A stretch of DNA of 32,000 nt, from contig NZ_BCZP01000032.1 of assembly GCF_001598795.1 (NCBI RefSeq), forward strand, positions 1-32,000, read 5' to 3'. The notes beneath the pieces are model-generated. The model had not been told where the DNA came from and searched no databases. It worked only from the letters and a program-made list of their open reading frames with translations. The position numbers and the translations under genes are program-made. The stretch comes from Delftia acidovorans NBRC 14950. GTDB lineage: Bacteria > Pseudomonadota > Gammaproteobacteria > Burkholderiales > Burkholderiaceae_C. Within the stretch, counting starts at the first letter, position 1; every line of letters starts with the position of its first letter. Positions 10,016 through 16,839 of the stretch are shown here, one piece after another.

Positions 10016-10471
10016 ATGAAGTGCCCGTTCTGCAGCCATCCGGACACCCAGGTCGTGGAGACCCGTGAGGCCGAGGATGGGGGCTTCATCCGCCGCCGCC
10101 GCCAGTGCGGCGGCTGCGACAAGCGCTTCACCACCTACGAGCGGCCCGAGGTCAGCTTTCCCGCCATCGTCAAGAAGGACGGGCGGCGCATCGAGTACGA
10201 GCGCGCCAAGCTGCTGGGCTCGTTCAAGATCGCGCTGCGCAAGCGCCCCGTGAGCACAGAGCAGATCGATGCCGCCATCGAGCGCATCGAGGAGCGGCTG
10301 CGCAACCTGGGCGAGCGCGAAGTGCTCTCCAGCCGCCTGGGCGAGATGGTGATGCGCGAGCTCAAGCTGCTCGACAAGGTCGGCTACATCCGCTACGCCA
10401 GCGTCTACCGCAGCTTCGAGGATGTGGACGATTTCAAGAACGTCATGGATGAGGTGCGCAATCCCGGCTGA
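10016..10471 (+). CDS. nrdR: Transcriptional repressor NrdR
   Basis: [17 protein letters not shown]...[20 protein letters not shown] zinc ribbon plus ATP-cone. Conserved glyA-nrdR synteny. Confidence 0.95.
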   Translation: MKCPFCSHPDTQVVETREAEDGGFIRRRRQCGGCDKRFTTYERPEVSFPAIVKKDGRRIEYERAKLLGSFKIALRKRPVSTEQIDAAIERIEERLRNLGEREVLSSRLGEMVMRELKLLDKVGYIRYASVYRSFEDVDDFKNVMDEVRNPG

Positions 10472-10491
10472 TCAGGCCGGCAGGACGCAAG

Positions 10492-10516
10492 AAAGCCGCC
10501 CTTGGGCGGCTTTTTC
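10492..10516. terminator. Bidirectional rho-independent terminator between nrdR and aroC
   Basis: AAAGCCGCC(C)TTG(G)GGCGGCTTT hairpin, flanked by an A run upstream and TTTTTCTTT downstream, so both strands read a hairpin plus T tract. Confidence 0.8.
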
Positions 10517-10536
10517 TTTGGTGGCCTGGCAGTGTT

Positions 10537-11634
10537 TCAGGGCGCGGCGGCAGGGATGGGAGCCAGGCCCGAATCCACGTCACCGCACTGGGCACGGTGG
10601 CGCAGCGCATGGTCCATCACCACCAGGGCCAGCAGCGCCTCGGCGATGGGCGCTGCGCGGATGCCGACGCAGGGGTCGTGGCGGCCCTTGGTGATGACCT
10701 CGGTGCTCTGGCCCTGCACGTCGATGGATTCGCGCGGCGTGATGATGGAACTGGTGGGCTTGATGCCTATGCGCACTTCCAGGTCCTGGCCCGTGCTGAT
10801 GCCGCCGACGATGCCACCGGCGTTGTTGCTGCGAAAGCCTTCGGGACTCAGCGAGTCGCCGTGCGTGGTGCCGCGCTGGACCACGCTGTCGAAACCGGCA
10901 CCGATCTCCACGGCCTTGACCGCGTTCAGGCCCATCATGGCGTAGGCGACGTCGGCATCCAGGCGGTCATACAGCGGCTGGCCCAGGCCCACCGGCATGC
11001 CGCTGGCCTGCACACGCAGCGCAGCGCCGCAGGAGTCGCCCGACTTGCGCAGCGCATCCATGTATTCCTCGTATTGGGACACATCGGCCACCGGCGCAAA
11101 GAAGGGGTTGTTGCGCACATGCTCCCAGCTCTCGAAGGGCAGGGACAACTCGCCCACCTGGGTCATGCAGGCGCGGAACTCGGTGCCGAACTTTTCCTTG
11201 AGCCACTTCCTGGCCACGGCACCAGCGGCCACCGTGGGGGCCGTCAGCCGTGCCGAGGAACGGCCGCCGCCGCGCGGATCACGGATGCCGTATTTCTGGA
11301 AGTAGGCGTAGTCGGCATGGCCGGGACGAAAGCTCTGCGCAATGTTGGAGTAGTCCTTGCTGCGCTGGTCGGTATTGCGGATCAGCAGCGCGATCGGCGT
11401 GCCCGTGGTGCGGCCTTCGTAGACGCCCGAGAGGATTTCCACCGCATCGGGCTCGTTGCGCTGGGTCACGAACTTGCTGGTGCCGGGACGGCGGCGATCC
11501 AGTTCTTGCTGGATATCCGCTTCTTTCAGCGCCATGCCGGGCGGACAGCCGTCGATGACGCAGCCTATGGCCGGGCCATGCGATTCGCCGAAGTTGGTGA
11601 CAGTGAATAGGGTGCCGAAGGTGTTGCCGCTCAT
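10537..11634 (-). CDS. aroC: Chorismate synthase (365 aa)
   Basis: [33 protein letters not shown]...[11 protein letters not shown]...[11 protein letters not shown]. The start was set to the ATG at 11634, which gives the canonical N-terminus. Confidence 0.95.
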   Translation of the reverse strand: MSGNTFGTLFTVTNFGESHGPAIGCVIDGCPPGMALKEADIQQELDRRRPGTSKFVTQRNEPDAVEILSGVYEGRTTGTPIALLIRNTDQRSKDYSNIAQSFRPGHADYAYFQKYGIRDPRGGGRSSARLTAPTVAAGAVARKWLKEKFGTEFRACMTQVGELSLPFESWEHVRNNPFFAPVADVSQYEEYMDALRKSGDSCGAALRVQASGMPVGLGQPLYDRLDADVAYAMMGLNAVKAVEIGAGFDSVVQRGTTHGDSLSPEGFRSNNAGGIVGGISTGQDLEVRIGIKPTSSIITPRESIDVQGQSTEVITKGRHDPCVGIRAAPIAEALLALVVMDHALRHRAQCGDVDSGLAPIPAAAP

Positions 11635-11732
11635 AGGCCGACGATTATGCCCGGGTAGCCCGCAAGCGCCGTGCCCGCGGCGGCGGTGCATTGCGCAGAC
11701 AGCCATCGCCCAGCGAGAATAAAAATAGCTAT

Positions 11733-11768
11733 TGGATTGCAAATATTCATAGTTAAAATTGCAATCCA
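11733..11768. promoter_or_regulatory. Perfect 10-bp inverted repeat (candidate operator) in the aroC / AraC-like divergent region
   Basis: TGGATTGCAA(11733-11742), 16 bp AT-rich spacer, TTGCAATCCA(11759-11768). It sits inside an AT-rich block. Confidence 0.4.
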
Positions 11769-11833
11769 CCCTTTTTCAACCGCCTGCGAATCACCACGCT
11801 GGCACCAGCCGCAAACTGCGGGAGGTTCGTGAA

Positions 11834-12331
11834 ATGCAGGCCTCTTACGACTCAACGCAAATCCAGGATCACGGCGACCATGCGGGCAGCACTCCACCGG
11901 CATCGCCAGGCCTTCAGCCCAAGGACGAGGAGCAGGACCTTCGCCCCTCGCTGCTGAATGTGCTGCTGACATCGTCCAGCCCTGGCGATTTCAGAACCCG
12001 CAACAGGCTTGCCCAGGCCAAGCAGTACATGCGGGCCCGGCTCGACGACCCCGAGCTCAAGCCCTTGCAGGTGGCTCGGGACATGGGCATGTCGCTGCGC
12101 AGCCTGGCGCGGCTGTTTGCCACCGAAGGGCTGACCCCGAGCCGCTGGCTCTGGAACGAACGGCTGGCCCAGGCGCACCTGCTGCTTCGGGCAGACAATG
12201 CGCGGCGCGTGACCGATGTGGCGCTGGCCTGTGGCTTCACCAGCTTCTCGCACTTCAGCCGTGTCTTCAGACAGGCCTATGACGTGCCGCCCAGCGCCTT
12301 GCTCAAGCCCAAACGCCGCCGCGTGCACTGA
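11834..12331 (+). CDS. Small AraC-family HTH transcriptional regulator (165 aa)
   Basis: C-terminal AraC double HTH: LQVARDMGMSLRSLARLFATEGLTPSRWLWNERLAQAHLLL...VTDVALACGFTSFSHFSRVFRQAYDVPPS. SD GGGAGG lies 8 nt before the ATG at 11834. Confidence 0.8.
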   Translation: MQASYDSTQIQDHGDHAGSTPPASPGLQPKDEEQDLRPSLLNVLLTSSSPGDFRTRNRLAQAKQYMRARLDDPELKPLQVARDMGMSLRSLARLFATEGLTPSRWLWNERLAQAHLLLRADNARRVTDVALACGFTSFSHFSRVFRQAYDVPPSALLKPKRRRVH

Positions 12332-12398
12332 CAGGTCCTGCGGCCCATCCATTCGCTGTTCACGCGACTGTCTGCTTTGCGCCCTGCGCGCAAAGACA

Positions 12399-12432
12399 AA
12401 GGCCTCCGCCGCATTTTGCGTTCGGAGGCCTT
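12399..12432 (-). terminator. Long hairpin terminator downstream of the CBS gene; also blocks read-through from the AraC-like gene
   Basis: AAGGCCTCCG(12399-12408)/CGGAGGCCTT(12423-12432), with an inner CGCA/TGCG extension. The minus strand continues TTTGTCTTTG after the stem. Confidence 0.55.
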
Positions 12433-12477
12433 GCTGCCCAAGGTGAAACGGACGAAAGGTCGATATCGCCCCGACGA

Positions 12478-12930
12478 TCAGTCCGCGCCCTGGCGCTCGC
12501 CCTCGGGCCAGTCGCGGATGTAGGCCTTGAGCATGCGGTTCTCGAAGTTCTGGCTGTCCACCACGGCCTTGGCCACGTCGTACAGGCTGATCACGCCCAT
12601 GAGCATGCGCTTGTCCATCACCGGCATGTAGCGTGCATGGCGGTCCAGCATCATGCGGCGCACCTCATCCATGTCGGTTTCCATGGTGCAGGTCATGGGA
12701 GCGTCGTCCATGGCCGAGCGCACCAGCGTCTCGCCCACCCCGCCGTGCTTGACGAAGCCCTGGATCACTTCGCGGAAGGTCAGCATGCCGACCACGTCGC
12801 CATGCTCCATGACCACGAGGGAGCCGATATCGCGCTCCGACATCACCTGCACCGCGCTGGCCAGGCTTTCGTCCGGCGACACCGTGTAGAGGGTGTTGCC
12901 CTTGACGCGCAGGATGTCACTTACTTTCAT
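12478..12930 (-). CDS. CBS-pair domain protein (150 aa)
   Basis: MKVSDILRVKGNTLYTVSPDESLASAVQVMSERDIGSLVVMEHGDVVGMLTFREV and a second CBS repeat RHARYMPVMDKRMLMGVISLYDV. SD GGAGA lies before the ATG at 12930. Confidence 0.85.
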   Translation of the reverse strand: MKVSDILRVKGNTLYTVSPDESLASAVQVMSERDIGSLVVMEHGDVVGMLTFREVIQGFVKHGGVGETLVRSAMDDAPMTCTMETDMDEVRRMMLDRHARYMPVMDKRMLMGVISLYDVAKAVVDSQNFENRMLKAYIRDWPEGERQGAD

Positions 12931-13036
12931 GCCGTATCTCCAAATTTGTCTGTGTCGCCGTGGTTGCGGCAAGCCCGTGTCTGACAGGAAATATAGCCCA
13001 CAATGCCCGCTTGCCTTGACAACCATGGAGACAGGA

Positions 13037-14335
13037 ATGCCCGGCTACTCGGACCCCGGCTTTGACACCCTGGCGCTGCACGCGGGCGCACAGCCCGACC
13101 CCGCCACCGGAGCGCGCGCGACGCCCATCCACCTCACGACCTCGTTCGTGTTCGAGTCCAGCGACCATGCGGCCTCGCTGTTCAACCTGGAGCGCCCAGG
13201 GCACGTCTACAGCCGCATCTCCAATCCCACGAACGCCGTACTGGAGCAGCGCGTCTCAGCCCTGGAAGGCGGCGTGGGCGCCATCGCCGTGGCCAGTGGG
13301 CAGGCGGCGCTGCACCTGTCGGTGGCCACGCTCATGGGCGCGGGCAGCCATATCGTGGCCAGCACGGCGCTGTACGGCGGCTCGCAGAACCTGCTGCACT
13401 ACACGCTGGCGCGCTTCGGCATAGAGACCACCTTCGTCAAGCCCGGCGACATCGACGGCTGGCGCGCCGCGGTGCGCCCCAACACCAAGCTGTTCTTCGG
13501 CGAGACGGTGGGCAACCCGGGCCTGGATGTGCTGGACATCCCCACCATCAGCGCCATAGCCCATGAAGCCGGCGTGCCGCTGCTGGTGGACTCCACGCTG
13601 ACCTCGCCCTGGCTGATGAAGCCGCTGGAGCATGGCGCGGACATCGTCTACCACTCGGCCACCAAGTTCCTGTCGGGCCACGGCACCGTGGTCGGCGGCA
13701 TCGTGGTGGATGGCGGCAGCTTCGACTGGGAAAAGTCGGGGCGCTTCCCGGAGCTGACCGAGCCCTACGACGGCTTCCACAACATGGTGTTCAGCGAGGA
13801 AAGCAGCACCGGCGCCTTCCTGCTGCGCGCGCGGCGCGAAGGCCTGCGCGACTTCGGCGCCTGCATGAGCCCGCATACGGCCTGGCTGATCCTGCAGGGC
13901 ATAGAGACGCTGCCGCTGCGCATGGAGCGCCACATCCGCAATACCGAGAAGGTGGTGCAATTCCTGGCCAGCCATCCGCTGGTGGGCCGCGTGGGCCACC
14001 CGCTGCTGGAGACCCATCCCTCGCACCAGCTCGCCAAGAAGCTGCTGCCGCGCGGCGCGGGCTCGGTGTTCAGTTTCGACATCAAGGGCAACCGCAACCA
14101 GGGGCGCAAGTTCATCGAGACGCTCAAGGTCTTCAGCCACCTGGCCAACGTGGGCGACTGCCGCAGCCTGGTGATCCATCCGGCCAGCACCACGCATTTC
14201 CGCATGAGCGACGAAGCACTGGCCCAGGCCGGCATCGGCCAGGGCACGATACGCCTGTCCATCGGACTGGAGGATGCCGACGACCTGATCGATGACCTCA
14301 AGCGCGCCCTCAAGGCCGCTGAAAAGGCAGCGTGA
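13037..14335 (+). CDS. metY: O-acetylhomoserine sulfhydrylase / aminocarboxypropyltransferase, PLP-dependent (432 aa; alternative start 13025)
   Basis: FDTLALHAGAQPDPATGARATPIHLTTSFVF...VYSRISNPT...YHSATKFLSGHG (PLP lysine)...IRLSIGLED. GGAG lies 6 nt before the ATG at 13037. Confidence 0.85.
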   Translation: MPGYSDPGFDTLALHAGAQPDPATGARATPIHLTTSFVFESSDHAASLFNLERPGHVYSRISNPTNAVLEQRVSALEGGVGAIAVASGQAALHLSVATLMGAGSHIVASTALYGGSQNLLHYTLARFGIETTFVKPGDIDGWRAAVRPNTKLFFGETVGNPGLDVLDIPTISAIAHEAGVPLLVDSTLTSPWLMKPLEHGADIVYHSATKFLSGHGTVVGGIVVDGGSFDWEKSGRFPELTEPYDGFHNMVFSEESSTGAFLLRARREGLRDFGACMSPHTAWLILQGIETLPLRMERHIRNTEKVVQFLASHPLVGRVGHPLLETHPSHQLAKKLLPRGAGSVFSFDIKGNRNQGRKFIETLKVFSHLANVGDCRSLVIHPASTTHFRMSDEALAQAGIGQGTIRLSIGLEDADDLIDDLKRALKAAEKAA

Positions 14336-14357
14336 GCCGACAAGGGAGACACCAACA

Positions 14358-15167
14358 ATGAAGATTGATGTTCAGGGCCACGCCATCTACGCCTATACCG
14401 GCGGCAAGGCCTTCAACCCCGCCCAGCCTACGGCCATCCTCATCCACGGCGTGCTGTGCGACCACAGCGTCTGGGCCCTGCAAAGCCGTTACCTGGCCAA
14501 CCACGGCTGGAACGTGCTGGCCATAGATCTGCCCGGCCACTGCCGCAGCGCAGGTGACGCGCCCGCCAGCGTGGAGGCAGCGGCGGATTTCATCGGCCAG
14601 CTCATGGATGCGGCAGGCATCGGGAAGGCCGCGCTGGTCGGCCACAGCTGGGGCAGCCTGATCGCCATGGAAGCGGCCGCGCGGCTGGGCGCGCGCGTCA
14701 GCCACCTGGCGCTGGTGGGCACGGCCTATCCGATGAAGGTCTCGCCCGCCCTGCTGGACTCCGCACTGAGCACGCCAGAGCAGGCCATCCGCATGGTCAA
14801 TGTGTTCTCGCGCGCCACGCTGGCGCCACCCAGCGGCGCAGGCAGTTGGGTATTCGGCGCCGGCATGGCGCTGGGCCGGCGCGTGCTGGCCAGCAATGAC
14901 CGCACCAACCTGCTGCACACCGGCTTCAAGGCCTGCGACAGCTACGCGGGCGGCGAGGCGGCCATGGCGGCGCTGCAATGCCCGGTCCTGTTCGCCCTGG
15001 GCGAGCAGGACCAGATGACGCCGCCCAAGGCCGCCAAGGGCCTGATCGAGGCGGCCCGGGGCGCGCAGCGCCAGGTCAGCATCGTGCACCTGCCCAGCGG
15101 CCACAACCAGATGACCGAGGCGCCCGACCAGACGCTGTTCGCCATCCGGGATTTCCTGGCACGCTGA
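14358..15167 (+). CDS. Alpha/beta-fold hydrolase (269 aa)
   Basis: HG oxyanion motif ILIHGV, nucleophile elbow GHSWGS, C-terminal GHNQM histidine. SD AGGGAGA before the ATG. It starts 22 nt after the metY stop, so co-transcription is likely. Confidence 0.8.
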   Translation: MKIDVQGHAIYAYTGGKAFNPAQPTAILIHGVLCDHSVWALQSRYLANHGWNVLAIDLPGHCRSAGDAPASVEAAADFIGQLMDAAGIGKAALVGHSWGSLIAMEAAARLGARVSHLALVGTAYPMKVSPALLDSALSTPEQAIRMVNVFSRATLAPPSGAGSWVFGAGMALGRRVLASNDRTNLLHTGFKACDSYAGGEAAMAALQCPVLFALGEQDQMTPPKAAKGLIEAARGAQRQVSIVHLPSGHNQMTEAPDQTLFAIRDFLAR

Positions 15168-15173
15168 GCCCGG

Positions 15174-15197
15174 CCGGGTCCTGCCCGCAGGGCCCGG
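15174..15197. terminator. Imperfect GC hairpin between convergent genes (possible terminator)
   Basis: CCGGGTCCTG / CAGGGCCCGG with one mismatch and loop CCCG. No T tract on either strand. Confidence 0.3.
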
Positions 15198-15203
15198 ACG
15201 CAC

Positions 15204-16679
15204 TCACGCGCCGCGCGCGGGGAAGATGCTCTTTTTCACGAGCGCGTGCACGCCCCAGTTGCCATCCACCACCTGGGTGATGCCGAAGTCCACGGCAATC
15301 GACATCAGCGAGATGGCCTCGTCCTCTCCCAATCCCTGGGTGGTCATGAGGAAGTGACGCATCTTGTGATAGGCGTCGCGCAGCGCCAGGTCCACGGAAG
15401 ACTTCTTGAAGATCTGGTTTTGCGCATCAGGCCCCAGCTCCGCCAGGTAGTTGGCGTAGCTGAAGCCATGCAGCAGCCATTCGTCCTGGGTTTCGAGCAG
15501 CGGATAGGCCAGTTCGGCCAGCGGCGTTCCAGGCAGGTCCGCCTTCTTGTGCAGGACCAGCTGGAAGGTGCCGGTCAGCGAGCACTCGATGGCCGTGCCG
15601 CACAGCTCGGAGTCCCCCTGCGAGGCATGCGGATCGCCCACGGTGAAGTTGGCCCCTGGCACGGCCACGGGGAAATACATGGTCGCCCCCTTGCCGATGC
15701 GCCAGTTGTCGATGTTGCCGCCCGTGTGGTTGGGTGGAATGGAGCTGGCCATCTCCACCTCGGCCGGCGCCACGCCGATGGTGCCGAAGTGCGGGCGCAC
15801 GGGAACGCGGATATTGCGCAGCACGTTTTCGTTCTTGCTGATCGTGCGGTGGTCCACGGGCACGCCCGGATAGTCGATGGTCGGGTGGACCACGCCGAAG
15901 GGGTCGGTCTGCGGCGTCCAGCGGTAGTTGTAGACGGCGCGGGCCCAGTTGCGCTCGCCGGTCGCATCCACCTCGTAGATGGTGACCACCTCGCGCTTTC
16001 GGGGCTCGGTGAGCGTGTCGCCATAGTGAAAGCCCCAGTTCGCCGCCGCATTGCTGCCGAAGGTCCGGCCCTTGAATTGCGGGTTGCCCGAGGGGCGTGG
16101 CACCACATCAATGATGCGCACTTCCAGCACATCGCCGGGCTGGGCGCCCTTGATGCGTACCGGCCCCGTGCAGATGTGCACGCCCTGGCCTCCGCCTGCG
16201 CCGTTCTTGGCATCCATGGGACCGGCGCCCCGGCGATCGACGTTCTTGCGCTGGCTGTCCCAGTGGAACACGCTCTCGGCGCCAGGGTCGCCCCGGACCA
16301 TGCGTTCGGCATCGTCATTGGCATGGTGGGTCAGCGTCTCCATGGTCACGTAGTCACCCGATTCGACTTCGACCACCGGCTTGGCCGATCTGCTGAAGTA
16401 GCCCCAGAGCACGGTGCTGGCAGAGGCGGGAATGTAGTAGTGGCTGGCCATGCCCTGGCCGGCCCGGGCGCCAGGCGCGCCCTGGGCAAAGGCCCGGGAC
16501 GGTGCCATCGCGCCGCTGATGGCGCCGGCCGAGACCGCGCCGCCACCGACCACCATGGCGTCGCGCAGGAAGGAACGGCGTGCAACCTGGAATTCCTCGC
16601 GGATCAGCTTCTCATCGGCTGGCGAGGCACCGTGCTGGCAGCCCGGGCCGCAGATATGTTCTTGGTGGGGGATGGTCAT
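15204..16679 (-). CDS. Acetamidase/formamidase-family amidase with twin-arginine (Tat) signal peptide (491 aa)
   Basis: The Tat signal VARRSFLRDAMVVGGGAVSAGAISGAMAPSRAFA-Q lies at about 16485-16679. Family block VGDPHASQGDSELCGTAIECSLTG. Strong SD AGGAG 8 nt before the ATG at 16679. Confidence 0.85.
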   Translation of the reverse strand: MTIPHQEHICGPGCQHGASPADEKLIREEFQVARRSFLRDAMVVGGGAVSAGAISGAMAPSRAFAQGAPGARAGQGMASHYYIPASASTVLWGYFSRSAKPVVEVESGDYVTMETLTHHANDDAERMVRGDPGAESVFHWDSQRKNVDRRGAGPMDAKNGAGGGQGVHICTGPVRIKGAQPGDVLEVRIIDVVPRPSGNPQFKGRTFGSNAAANWGFHYGDTLTEPRKREVVTIYEVDATGERNWARAVYNYRWTPQTDPFGVVHPTIDYPGVPVDHRTISKNENVLRNIRVPVRPHFGTIGVAPAEVEMASSIPPNHTGGNIDNWRIGKGATMYFPVAVPGANFTVGDPHASQGDSELCGTAIECSLTGTFQLVLHKKADLPGTPLAELAYPLLETQDEWLLHGFSYANYLAELGPDAQNQIFKKSSVDLALRDAYHKMRHFLMTTQGLGEDEAISLMSIAVDFGITQVVDGNWGVHALVKKSIFPARGA

Positions 16680-16722
16680 CGAAAATACTCCTGCTGTTGT
16701 GGATCGGTGCCGGCAGCGCCAG

Positions 16723-16745
16723 TGTCCAGGCGAGCATGTCCAGGC
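16723..16745. promoter_or_regulatory. Direct repeat TGTCCAGGC x2 (candidate operator) in the divergent amidase control region
   Basis: TGTCCAGGC at 16723-16731 and 16737-16745. An inverted copy of the TGTCCA core (TGGACA, 16802-16807) overlaps a -35-like TTGGAC. Confidence 0.35.
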
Positions 16746-16839
16746 CGGTTGTTCCTGCGCGCACAAAAACTTGTCGCGACTGCCATCCGGTGCGCCGGGC
16801 TTGGACAGGCTGTACGCGGGCGTTCATAGTTCGCCCCTG

